From: Botryllus schlosseri
Taxonomy: Eukaryota
DNA length: 64,000 bases
Direction of reading: 5' to 3'
Assembly: GCA_051294905.1 (NCBI GenBank)
Contig: CM119377.1
Span: forward strand, 4,402,001 to 4,466,000
Shown piece after piece: positions 23,425 through 36,830 of the stretch. The notes under the pieces were generated by a model. It had not been told where the DNA came from and did not search any database. It saw only the letters and a list, made by a program, of their open reading frames with translations. Both the position numbers and the translations under genes were made by a program. How positions within the stretch are numbered: position 1 is the stretch's first letter; each line of letters opens with the position of its first letter.

Positions 23425-26400
23425 GTTGACTAGAGATCTGTAAATAACGAATATATTGTAGTATATATATAGATTGAACACTGTATACTTTCACTGGACT
23501 CATTTTCTTACTCCTATTTGAATAAAATGAGATTTCATGTCACTCATACCCGAAATAAAACCTAACTATCACAAGACAAGCAAACGCGGGTGGTTTTATA
23601 CTGCCGGTTATCGTAAATTCCCATCGCGTTTTAGCAAAAAACGAGATCTCATGTCGTGAGAAAAAATGTGATATTACCAACTTATGACGATATCGGCTAC
23701 TTTTGGACCGGCGTATCATACGATTCGTTTGATAGCTTGGAGGCTTTGTGTGAATTATGCGAATGTACGCTAAAAACCAGTGATTTACACTGCTCGACAA
23801 TATATATGTGGATATGCGGGCGACGAATATTTCGTTTTTTTTTTGTCTTGTTGCTGTTTAGGCTAAGTTAAACCTGCAGAGCCGCGGAATTTCTTAAATC
23901 TGGAAAGCTGATTTATGGTTATGAACCGGAATATTGGAATTGAGCACTTGACAGTCGGTAATGGAGATACCACCGAGTCCCCAAATACCATGTCCTACGT
24001 TCCACCGATTCGATTGTAGAATCATGTTGAATACGGTTCTTCAATCCAGCACCATCGTCGTACAAAATATGGTGTTCCGACACGTCAGAGACACGACGGA
24101 TGGCATATATATATCGTGGCTGTAGCCTATTTCCGGGAGGATTGGTCTCCGATAAGCGAGCACGCAACCTCCACAATACTCTGGTGGTTATAGAAAATTT
24201 CCAACGACAAACTTTGATCCGAATTTTCGTTTCACATTCATAAAACTTGGTGATTTTGTATTCCATACGATTAGCAGAGAAAGGCTCACTGTCCGAAAAC
24301 GATCTATTCTATATAACAGGTGCCTACTTGTCTCTTAGCAGGGACTTAAAACTACGGTGTTACAAATAAATCTGACTGTGGTGAAATAACGTTCTCCAGG
24401 ACTCATAAATACGACACCTGCAATAAAAGAAACAAGTTGCTGTAGGCCTACAGGTAACTAAAGAATACATTTCAGTCCAAACCGATCGATACATCTGTTG
24501 AGGGATTATCAGATATAGAATAATGTCCTCTAACTTTAGCTGTTGACATACTGTACGGTGGATTGAGCATAAGACCTTGGTACCTCCATCGTACATATGT
24601 CTAACTCGGCTGATGTTTGTGATATTCGTGTTGTTTTCCGACAACAATGGTCATTTTCAACTGACCGATATAGACTTTATTCTGATTTCGTTGCTGATAA
24701 CTTGTAGCGCATCCCACTTCTAGCCAGACACCGCTTACGCGGATCAGATGGCGAGGAGAAGCCTAGATAAACTCCCAAAACGTTAGAAATGGATTCTCTC
24801 TAACTGCTGCATTGGAATTTATTCAAACGATTACGGCTGAGATATTGCAACCTGGCATACAGTTTCCCAGATACAGCCATAGGATGTATTAAAATGGATT
24901 ATATCATATATATGCCGTATTTCCCCATCATTTAAAAGTAAATTTCTTCATCATTCTCACCGCACACTGTAAGTGTAGGCTACCCTGTTTCTGTAACAAC
25001 TGCAGGGTCTCGAAGTGAAGGCACCAGTCTTCGAAACAACAATTATCACTCTATATGAGTGATACAAAGTATTGAGAATAGCACCCATGATTAATAGTTT
25101 CCACTCGATTTCATTACAATTATAAGTCGGCGAGATGATTCGATTTAAGTAAACGTTTCATGATCGAAATTTCCGAAAGACATGTGCAATTTTAATAGTT
25201 TAACAGGAGGAATACACTATTTTCTTACTTCGGCCGTTTTGTTTATCTCATTCGGAAGAAAGGCTCGGTAGATACTGTAATCAGAAGCACATTTCCACAC
25301 AGCAATTTGAAAGAGAATGATCATTTGTATGCACCGAAACTAACGTGAAATGACCGTACTAAAAGTATACGTGAAGGGTAACAAATATGTTAGTATAGTA
25401 TACATAATTACAGCTGTAACTCACGGCGAAATGGGCATGGCCGAGTATTGACATTTCGGGGTGCCAAAAAAGTTCCTGGTCCGATGTTCTCGAATTTTTC
25501 GAAGAATTGCTTTTATTTGAAAAATCAAAACTAGCGTGTAATTGATAACAATCCAACTAACAAATAGGCCTATACTGAATAATATTCTCTACGATATCAA
25601 TTACCGAAAAGGCAGCAGCAACCGCATCAGCAGCATTGACAAAACCAACAGAATAATAATGGGAATTTCAGATGTGTATTCCGACTTTTCAACAAAGCGT
25701 TTAACAAAGCGAGAAAAGGTATGAGAAATATTATATCACTCGAGGAATTATCGCAGCTATTGTTTACCACTCGCACGACACCGGTGACCATGTGGATATA
25801 TATTTTGCACAGCATGGCACCAAGTCAGAATATTGAAGAATTTCAGGACATTTCCTAATGTACGTGCTTAGTCGCATGACAAAAGTGAAGGAAAAGAATT
25901 ATTACATCCGCATTATGGCATAACCAGAAATGAACATCCAGCATTACGGTTTCTTCCTGAAAGTTCGTAATCGCTATGACTAATATCCTGTAATTATCCG
26001 TTAGCTAAAGATCGTATCACGGTTTTGAGTACCAGTATGTTTTTATTGAAAGCATTTGTGTGGTGAACTTCTTCTCTTACATAATAAACTTGATACCCCA
26101 ACTTAAATCATTTAGATCTCGCGCACACTGACGATTTATTTCGGATTCGATCACGTTATATGTAAGATAGGGTTCGAAATAGTACTACAGGACTATACCC
26201 AGCGTCACAATTCCTTGATATCCCTGTTTTAGAAATCTTGATGGCATTTATAAGTACAAACTACCGTTAACATCAAAATATTTGGGTATATACAAAACGG
26301 AAGCAAGTATAGATGCCAGTTGATTATATTTTACTTACACGACAAATACATACTTGTTGTTGTTATGTTTCCAATGTATTTATGGAGAGAATAACAATAA

Positions 26401-27220
26401 CAAACTTAAAAGGTCTATTTACAACACGCAGGATTAAAAATGCTTTGTCGACGCGGAGATGATAGACTGGTTAACAAAATTCGACGCAGACATACAATAC
26501 TGAATGTAGATACTTTCTCTTCTAATATCTAACGAAGAATGTGTTGTGCAATATTTATCAGCTCGTAAATATTCATTATTCATTGATAATGGAATTGCGA
26601 ACGTGAAACGTTTTTTCGTTTCCTATAAAACGCACTTAGTTTCAGTTCCAGATATCATGATATAATGGGTCAAGCAAACACGCACACACACAAAAAAAAA
26701 ACAGAACACAAATCAGTGAATATGCAAAATTAAGGGGGGTAAAGATACAACCATTTTGACAGCGAATTGATTTTATAGAGAGTTGACGACATGTGATGTT
26801 CCGAGTCCAGGTGACTGTGGTTTGCAGTGCTTCAACCACCCAAAAAAGACACCCTTAATTTCGCAGGTAGCGATTCCGATCCATCGCAATCTCCCCAACA
26901 CTCCATAGCACATGGATCCTTAACTTGGGGTCCGTGGATATATTGGGGGCCCGCTGACTATTTCTAAGGGGTCCATGAAAGGCCTGGGGTGCACTACAGT
27001 TTCCTTGATAATATCTGACATTATTTTTGACTGTTAGCCGCCAAGTACCTTTGTAGGCAACAATTAGACCGGATGGTATTGTAAGGCTATGATTAGGGCT
27101 GGGAGGAAGTGATGACATTTGTTTAGTCACCAGCTTCCCAAATTCCAAGGTTAGGGACCCAAGCAATCACCTAATAAACTTTTAAGGGTCCGCGCTAGAA
27201 AAAGGTAAAGAAACACTACT

Positions 27221-28496
27221 CTAACAGTCATTGTCATTCGTGTTACTGACGAGGTTGAATCCGAAGTGCGAGAAAATGCTCGCGAACGATGAATGGAAAG
27301 CGGAGGAGGAAGCCGTCGTTGTACATCTTTTTTTCTTTGGCTTTTGGGTCGGCGTAAATTTACGTTTCCGTGCCGGTTTAGCGGTAGTTGTTGTTTTGGG
27401 AGCCGATGCCGGTTTCCATTTTCGTTTGTGCTCCTGCTTGTTGTCGTCCCCTGCATCAGTAACTTTCGAAGTTTTCCCAACAAGTTCGCCAGTAGTCGAC
27501 GCCTTCTTTTCCGACGTTATCGGAATACAACCCTCGATTACTTCTATCTCATCAGAATCGGATGATGTCTCCGGTCGTTTGAATCGTTTCGGAATCTCAG
27601 GAACTTCGTGCCCAGCTGTGAACGCAAGACAGTTTCAAAATCGGTCTATAGAGGCGCAGAGCACACTTGTACAAACTACCGGATCTTCAAAATGCGCAAG
27701 CAGAACTAGATTCAGTAGTAATCACTTTTCAAAGCTAGCGACTAAAACTAGAACTACTCACTTTTAAACCTCTCAATTAGAACTAGAACCAATGACCTAC
27801 ATAAAAATTCGCAACGAACCAACCCAGACACGAATAACCAAACAGATTCAATACCGAAGCAACTTATTAATTTTTAACTTATCGGAATCGGATCGGCGTT
27901 CCACATGAACATCAGTACAGGTTTGAAACGGGAGGGGTTTCGACCCCCAAACCCCCCGGCTACTCCACTGTTAGTATAGTGATACCTGCTATGGCTGCAA
28001 GAACATAACGAAACAGAACGCCTGTATCATGATTCAAGCCAAACGACGACGTGTGTTTTCGAGTTATTCGACACCTAATTATTTTTAAGTGTACAACTAG
28101 AATTATAGGACCGGTGGTTAGTTGACCGTCAATTAACTGGATTGATAGTTTGTATACATTTGTACAAGTCTGACGCAGAGCGATAGTGGTCTCACCGCCT
28201 CTCATGATGCACCGGCAATTATATATGCAGCAGTGCTGGTTCTTCATGAGGTCACAGTCTGACGGCGGTACCAGTTTCTTGGTGATAAAATTGTAGCACG
28301 GTTCGATATGCTCCTCATGTCCAATCTCTGAAGAAAAACATATTAGAGAATGGTAAGACTCACATATTATTCATTTATACTGACTTGGAGTGCATTGCAT
28401 ATCTTTAAACTTTTTACTCAATTGCCATGCCGTTTGACCGTGGGAGATCTCAATCAGCAGCCCAGTCGCAATGACTACAAATGTTAATATCTCCAT
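27221..28496 (-). CDS. Paralog B (212 aa; exons 28496-28385, 28327-28196, 27615-27221)
   Basis: MEILTFVVIATGLLIEISHG-QTAWQLSKKFKDMQCTP | KIGHEEHIEPCYNF..DC..HCCIYNCRCIMRG | AGHEVPEIPKRF..EGC..KRC..FASIFSHFGFN..NDC*. Introns of 57 nt (GTCAGT donor) and 580 nt. Not shown as one ORF in the supplied track. Confidence 0.88.
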
Positions 28497-30357
28497 TACG
28501 TTCAACAGACTCGAAATATGACTTTCTGTGCACGGAAACCCAAAAGGAATTTAGATCGTCGTATAAAAGTGCAAGCTTATAGATTATTATCTTCATCATT
28601 TCCGTATTCCGACTACGCAGACCGGAATCAGTAGTTAAGGGCATGCTCAATCTGTTCTTTTTTCTTCGCTACTTCTGGAGTTAACTACATGGAAGAAGTA
28701 AACGGAAATGGAATCCGGTAAATATAAGATTATTGTTAATGAAAATCACGAGTGCAGCTGGCAGGTTCTGAATGCTTTGAGAATTAGTACATTTAATGAC
28801 TTGACAATTGACTCGAAAAGTCGTCTCCGAGTCACGAATGATACCATATTTCTCATATGCCGTGTCGGGCAAGTCATTCATAAAACGTGACTTTAGTCAT
28901 CTTTGTGTGTATAGGTGCTTTTATTTGAAAGTGCAGTATTTCATAAATAATCCTTGCACTGCCGCAGACCTTTGGGGTGACGCTTAAAATTGCGTATAAC
29001 ATTTCCTTTGCTATCTAGATCTATTGAGCATCGATAATAATTCGGGTGGAGTGAAACCGTCTCAAAATGGATGGAGTCGTCCTACGTCATAAGTCAATGC
29101 TCGATGCAAGTCATGGATTGTTTTTCAGGGATAAACACTGTTTTGTCAACAAACATTAAATTTTCGAATCATCAAGCTATACTATACCAAAAGATTTCGT
29201 TAGCGATAATTCAAATCCAAAAAGCGCTTGCTATTTCATATAACATACATAAAAGCCGTTGTCCGAAGTGGGCATCGATACTGATTCCTATTATTAGTTC
29301 AAGCACGTCATGACTGCATTTGACATTTACATTCTATTGACGGGACATTCACGATTCATGGCTAGTTTTTATGAGCGATTTATTTTCTTCTGATAGTTAC
29401 ACAAGGTAGGCCTAAGCGGTACCCTATAGTTTGTTGCAGAAGGCCTATATAATTCTCAAATTCATATGTTTACGATCAAAGGCGAGTCGCATACGATTCT
29501 ATCGCCGTGCTGTGTCGAATTGTCACGCTCATTAAATCATATCTGATGAGCGGAAGCAAACTACATTTCTGATCATAATACGGCATATGAGGTGTTGACT
29601 GTTGCAACTACTTCTACTACCCCCCCCCCACCCCCACCCGCCGGTGCCTGAGGAATGTATGCCTTCCTTTCCTGCCTACACTCGTAAAATAACCTGGCGT
29701 TACCGGCCCATGCACCGCAAAGGCGGCATTTGTATGGGATAATATATTTCAAAGACGCACTGAGACGGAGGCCGTGAGCATGCACGATTCCCGTACCGCA
29801 CTTGTTATTATATTCATTCAAAAACCGGATGCTTCTTTATTGATTCGTAACAACAATATTGAGAGAAGGCAAAATACTAAAAAGTTTTGTGCATTATGAT
29901 AAGGATTCGAGGTCAGAGCTAACGGATATCGTAATATAAATAAAAGCATTCAACTCAATATGGAACCAATGACCCAGTCTGTGTGCTGGGGGTTATTTGC
30001 TGCAGTATAGACCGAAGTAATTTCTGAGGACAACGACCATTTATGAACGACAATCCAATTTCCTGTGCGGTCAAGTAATATCGACAAATTTACTTTGATC
30101 GATCGAGTAACAGCGATTCTTATTCAGCATGCCGCCTGTCGGCAATTGACTGCAGCGGAAAATAATTGAATGAAGAATTCCTGATTTATGAAGCGCACAT
30201 TCATTCAAGTCTTCCCGACTGGATTATTCCAGAAGCATCCAAGCGTATGGTGACCGGTCAATCGTATCTTAGAGACAATGGCTGCTATACAGTATACGTG
30301 ATATATCGATTCGGTATGGCTTTAATCAGAATGTTACGTTGTCAAGCTTGATAACAT

Positions 30358-30814
30358 TAGGCTTACCATACGTCCTCTTTTAAGAGGATTTGTCCTCTTT
30401 TTTGGCTTTTTTGAAAGTGTCCTCGGAGGACGGCCTTTTGTCCTCTTTTTTGAGATTTTGTCCTCTTTTTTGAAAATTTAGGTCAGATTTAGAGCAAATT
30501 GCGAGTGATATGCCGTAAATTAGCACAGAAGTGACGCTCCGGAGGGTATTTCGGAGCGAAAAACGCTATATTGAGCTCCGAGCGGAGAGATGACCTTTTT
30601 TTTTAGTCATCCACCTAGCAATGCGCAGAAAAAAACGGTATTTTGAGCTCTGAGCGCGAAGTGATGACCTTTTTTTTTATTTTTTTATTTTTTAGTCAAC
30701 CGGTCACAAAGTGGGAAAAATTCACCGGTTTTTGAGAATTCTACTCCAGTTTTGCAAGTCTCAAATTTCTGAAAAAGTGTCCTCTTTTTAGATTTCCAAA
30801 ATATGGTAAGCCTA
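30358..30814. mobile_element. hAT MITE (Blackjack-like ends), 457 bp
   Basis: TIRs TAGGCTTACCATA / TATGGTAAGCCTA; TSD GATAACAT; GTCCTCTTTT subterminal repeats; diverged relative at about 44613-44973. Confidence 0.93.
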
Positions 30815-31654
30815 GATAACATGCACCTGATGGGGCACTGGATATGCTTGCTGATACCCCTATCTATACACAATATCACTTCTTAAGAATTACAGCGCCG
30901 CACGAATGACGCCTATATGTTTACATGCAGTCGTTGCAACCACGTTATCGAAGACCACTCTCTTTTGAATTTTAGTCACTGTGATGTCACATCTCGTCAT
31001 AATTGTCGGGGAGAGAAAAAGTAAGAGCATATAGCATGCTTCATTAAAACAATTTCGCCTCGTCGAGATCCTGATCGAATTTCTTGTTGACTGATGCATC
31101 CTGTTGCCATCGATGCCAATTTAATCTTTTCGTATATCTATCTTAAAAATCTTCTCACGATTCGGAAATGAATTAGATACGTGTGTTATCATATCAAATA
31201 ATATAGTTGCCTTTGCCTGCACAGTGCAAACACCATATTATGAGCATTGCCGCGTCCATCACATGCAGGAGGTTAAAAGCCGTCACAGGATCTGTACTCA
31301 AGTAAACTGCAAATATTGATGCCATTAATTTGAGTACAAGCTGAAGTAAAGCGACTTTCAAGAGGGCTAAATGAAAATTCGGGAACCTTCCAAATCTAGA
31401 GACAAGAAAAATTGAAGTCTCAGACTACATGTCGAGAACTTTCAAAACTCCCAGTGCCATTTTTGTTACTAACACACAATCGGCAATGGGATGACGCTGC
31501 GTATCGACAAAGTTAATTTTGCATGTGTTTGATCAGTGTTAGGAATGATGTACCATTATAGCTGCAAATAATGGACAATCCTATATACAATTTTAAGGTG
31601 CATGGGAGTGTAGTGCTCTTTCCATTCTCCTTGTGCATAGTATTGGTTAAATAT

Positions 31655-32631
31655 TAAGGATGGTGTGAACCCCAGAAAGGTTCAGGTTCGTGTGAACGCG
31701 AACCTTTTTGAAAGGTTCTGTGTGAACGCGAACATGAACCGCATGACGTCACGTGACGTCATATTGCTAATTCCAAACTTACATTTCAGTGATGTGATAG
31801 CCTATAACAATGTAAACGTCGACAAACGTCGTCAAGTGTATCAACTGGGGCAATCAAATCATATAATGATCCCATAAAATCAATATCTTCCGTCGCTTTG
31901 CCAACAATTTAGACGAGGACTTGCAAGGGAATATAAGCTTACGACTTAACGGTCTACGCCAGACCAGACAATGCATTCGGCGTCTGAGTATTGCTACGTT
32001 GATATTGCGCAGAGCGTAAAACGGGTTTCTATACTTGCTACCGATATTACCCCATTAACAAGTTATATAGCAGTAGCCAACACCCCAATTGCAAGGATTT
32101 GTTTTTTATGATACAATAAACACATGAAATCAAGATTGACCCCGTACGGCAGCTAGATTTTTTTTACATCAGACAACGATATCAGTTTCATTGATTGGTT
32201 GAATAAGCATCATTCGCTAAGTCATGGATATCCCTGGCTAATTGAGTACCTACATGTAGCGTATTTCCTTCTTGATCTTGTGTGATTGCAGGTCAAGCTC
32301 ACATCAGAGAGTCACTAAATATTCACAAACGGAAAGCTGGATATTTCGAGCAAACATTTGTCACTAAGCAAGTAGAATTTTTGAGATTTTCAATGTGCAT
32401 GGTCGTTCAGTGTTAATTGTTTTTTATGCTGCCAGCGCCACGCATAGAGTGGCTCGCAGTTGACAGGCAATAAATTTCAACCAAAGATGTCATAATGAAG
32501 TGAAAATTGTAATACATGAAAAAGGTTCACAGTGCAGAACCTACCAAGGTTCGTTTGTGAACGCGAACCTCTAAATTTCGGAGGTTCACACACAGAACGC
32601 GAACGTGAACCTCACGTTCACACCATCCCTA
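31655..32631. mobile_element. hAT MITE (GTTCAC repeats), copy 2, inverted relative to 17256
   Basis: TIRs TAAGGATGGTGTGAAC / GTTCACACCATCCCTA; TSD TTAAATAT; internal sequence colinear with 17256-18543 minus the SINE. Confidence 0.95.
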
Positions 32632-33341
32632 TTAAATATATAGGGTGGGGTCAATTTGCAACGTGCAAGGCCGATAGGGTATGAGGAATCGACAAAAGTT
32701 GCTAAATTTTCATCAAATCCTGCGCAATTGCAGATTTAACGCCGTATTTAAGAATTATATATTATAGAATAGGCATTTCCGTTATGACCCGGAACTCAGC
32801 TCTATAGATGCAATCTGAAGCATGAAATGTCACTGGAGATCGATTTCAAATTAATAGAGCAACCATTGTCGCATGTATTAGCGATTTACCCGAGATAAAT
32901 TATATCGCTCATGAACATTTATAGAGTAAAGCACTAGCAAGTGAACACTACGTTATAATTTGAGGCCGCCATCGAAAGTCCATAAATTGCACATTAATCA
33001 TATGTCGCAGTTCCAAGTGGCCTATATATGATAGCTGCTTGAAATGAGTTTTTTTTTATCGTGATGACGCACAAGATTCTCTTATAACTTGTTTATACTT
33101 ACTTGAAAACTGACGTCGTAAAATTTTGTGTTGGATTTTGTCACAACATGCTATTTCGTGATGTCAAACGGTTAGTCACTTCCATGCTCAAATAAAATTT
33201 TCCAAGTATTCCGTTTTCTAACTTCATTTCGATAAAGCTACTCTGTCGTGCTTTGTTGGTGGTACTGAAGGAATCAAGGTATAACATGACGAGATGCTCA
33301 CAACATTTTTGCCATTTTGTGTCTCCACTCTCCATGCATGT

Positions 33342-33606
33342 CAGAGGTGGTCAGTAACGAAGTACCTCTACTTTTCAAGTACTTGAAGTAGATTTTGCCT
33401 ACTCGCACTACTTATTAAGTAGTTATGATTTTAGACTACTTCTACTTCTACTTAACAGTTTTCAGTTTTTTAGGCACAAATAGGGGTAGAATACCTACCT
33501 ACTTACTTACTCGTGAACCATCACTCCTACTTCTACTTGAGTAGACATTTCAGCGTTACTTCTACTTGTACTTGAGTAGCGACGGTGACTACTTTGAACA
33601 CCTCTG
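33342..33606. mobile_element. hAT MITE (TACTT-repeat family), 265 bp
   Basis: TIRs CAGAGGTGGTCA / TGAACACCTCTG; perfect TSD ATGCATGT. Confidence 0.93.
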
Positions 33607-34459
33607 ATGCATGTTAAATTTTTATGTTCAGCCAACGCTTCAGTGATGAGGGTTTTGATTGCTATTGTCAGCGAGTGCTGATATATTTTCGACGGTGTAT
33701 TGATTTCATATCACAGAATTTGTAAGGATATTTCGGATAAGTTATTAAATTTGGCATGGAAATATGCTGACCAAAGTTGAAAATCTTACATCATAAATTC
33801 GCTGATTTTTAAAACGAAGCTAATTGAAATATGTATTTTAATTGCTTAAATTGGTACGACTGATCTACCTATACGTTCTAACAGGAAAAAACTCTACCAA
33901 GCACGCAGAGAATACATCGAAAGTCTTTCGCAGTCAATTAATGCCGAGAAAACGTACTTTATGACATCGTTTCCATCGGTGCCGTATCACATAAGCTATG
34001 GTTAGCAAAACACGCTGAAACATGCAATACATTGACATAAATTTGTTCTAAATGTTTCAGGTAAAGTCACATTGCACTACAATATATGGAATCCCCGCGA
34101 TATGAAAAGAAAGGCTCATCAAATGACTTTTTGGCATGGTTGCTATTGGTCGCGAGAAGGCGCTCTACGGTTTTACTTGAGAATCTATAATTAGGAGACG
34201 CATGGCGGGCTTCCCCAGACAGCTCGTCTCGTAAAACATCGTACAATACTATATAGTCTCAGGACTTAAAATTGAAATGCTAATATGATTTACCTGCCAC
34301 CGACATAGTATATATCAGTATCAGATTAAATAATTTCATCAATTCAAAACACCAGAACACTGCGATGCAATGAAAAGGTATAGGAAGGTCTCGAAACGAC
34401 TCGGAGTAGTCTTTAGAATCAGACACCCACATTGAGCTAGGGTCCTAGGCGATCTATTA

Positions 34460-35140
34460 CACTGATCTACAAATTTCGAAAAAAAATTGCGCCAAAAATT
34501 TTAATGATCGGTTTAGGCTAATTTACGGTTGCTGAATCTGATTCTGTGCTCAGAATTTCTCTATCACGTCAAATTTTGTCAGTATGTATTTTTCCCATTT
34601 TCGTAAATTAATCAAATTTAGGCTTTCGTTAGTGATATCACGGTTAGCATACAACAGCAACAGATCAAATATTGTTATTAAAATCATGCATCATGAAACC
34701 TGGGTTGTTATAGTACAGAATGAGTGAGTTTTCGATGAACTTGAATTCAGTGATTCGCTATCTTCGTTCAATCAGCAGCTCTTTTCGACCCATAAAATTA
34801 TACTGATCTACAAATTTCAAGAAAAATTTGCCTCCAAAATTTTGATGATTGATTTAGGCTAATATTAGGTTGCTAAATCCGATTCTGTGCGGAGAATTTC
34901 TCCATCACGTCAATTTTTACGGTATGTATTTTACTAATTTTAATTAATCAAATTTCGGCTTTCGCTAGTGACATTGCGGTGAACGTACAACTGCAACAAA
35001 TCAAATATTGTTATTAAAATCATCTATAATGATGAAACCTGGGTTGTTATAGAACAAAATAACGGAGTTTTCGGTGATCTTGAATCCAGTGGTTCTCTAT
35101 CTTCTTTCGATCAAGACCTCCTTTCGACAAATAAATTTAT
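34460..35140 (+). repeat. Tandem dimer of a ~341-bp unit, possibly the end of a CMC/Chapaev-like transposon
   Basis: Units start (C/T)ACTGATCTACAAATTT at 34460 and 34801 and share long blocks such as caaatattgttattaaaatc and tgaaacctgggttgttatag. The family guess rests on recalled CACTG termini only. Confidence 0.7.
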
Positions 35141-36830
35141 ACGTGGATGCAACTAATTTTAGCAGTCATCATCTTTGTATACCACTGTTCATTTAAAGAT
35201 TGTCATTAGTAGCTCCGTACCTAATTTAGTTCCCTACGTTATCTATCTTTATGCATCTGTCCTGCAGACTTAATCGGTCAATGCATTTGATGACAGCACA
35301 CTGCTCTTTCGTAAAACGTAAAAGTTTGCAAACAACAAACATTGTATTGCTGGTATATTATGTAGAAGAGAATTGTTCGCTCCGGTACATGACGTAAATA
35401 TGTGCCCCTTTAAGTTTGTTTTGAAACATTAAAAGAAACAGGATATCTGCTTTTCCAAAAAAAGGGCTTATCATGATAACTTGAAAGAATTTATCATTAT
35501 TAATCTACGCCTGTACTTATCATGCTAATTCTTATATTCCAGTTTTCATATTCTGTACCATTTTATTGGAATCGAGGAAAGCTGTCTCCGAACGCTTTAT
35601 TTCTTTTGGTTTATTGCCATGGTATAAAGGGCTTCTTTTGCATTGTGTATAATAGACAACCAGATGAATGGAGACTGCTTACTAACAGCTCAACACGAAA
35701 CCTGAAGTGTGTGTTACTGCAAAATAGAAATAAACAATTAAACATGCATCGGTTCAAGGACAGTCGATCCATCTCGGCAAAGGACATTTTATGACCTACA
35801 CCAAATACCATGTATTCTATGCTGGAAGAGAGCCCAGAGATGAGCATTGATTAACTTCTAGTGATGTTTTATATGGTTTCGAGGCTTTTCCCTAGTGTTT
35901 TGCAGGATTAAATGCCAGTTCTAAATTCAAGCAGCTTACATTTTTGGTGGTTTCTGATTTGCCGTAATATTTTACTATGAATTAGAGTTGGTCGAAGGAA
36001 GCGGCGTTGCCCCTCAAGTAGCACAAGTAACGCCTTTTACTGCTACCTAGTTACAAGTAGAAGTAATAGTTTCTAAGACATCTGAAAACTATTTCAAGCG
36101 GAATAGGAAATGAAGGGTCTGAGGAAGTCAGTGAATATCTAAGTAGGCTGTATTTGGTCGGTGGGCGGATGGTCGCATACATTCAACAGTTAGTCCAGTG
36201 GTTCACAGCCCTAATTAAACGCGAAAATAAATGTTTTATTCAATTTTGTGTGTATATGCGGCGCGAGCGTTACATAATATTTGTAATGTGCCACAAGGTG
36301 ATAAAGTTTAGGAACCACTGCCCTCGACATTCAAGTTTGGTTTAGGGACGAATATCCCAGACTAATATCAATTTGCCTAGGCCTGAACATTAACTGTGAC
36401 CCAACTAAGATGTACTCGTCATAAACGAATGTTTTCTCACTGTAGACGGTGTGGACGTAAATTATTATAGAGCGTGGAAATGGGGCACCGATCTATAGAT
36501 TGTTCTCGGTTCGAGTTAGCCTATACAGCTGGAGCGCAAGATAAACCAAATAAGAAAGCAACAAAAAGACCTCTATCAACGAAGCAACAAGTTCAAATTC
36601 CCGCATTAGTGTTTTACAATTTTTATTTCAATAACAACGCACACATGCAAAACAAATACAGAAAAAGAGTAGCTTCATCCCTCATAAAATAGCGGAATGG
36701 TAATTATAACCGCGGGACGCACGATGCCGTGTTTCATTTCAGTGTACAGCTGGCGAGTCAGTGAAACATTTCGTCAGACACTATGTATATTATATATATA
36801 CTTCAACGCTGACTGTGAAATAAAATGAAG

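Noticed and set aside
29620-29645. C-rich run (G-rich on the minus strand), possible G-quadruplex
   Set aside because: Single simple-sequence tract with no supporting context.
36196-36320. Short CAGTGGTTC..GAACCACTG inverted ends (similar case at 38691-38888)
   Set aside because: Probably old Charlie MITEs, but there is no TSD, so boundaries are unsupported.
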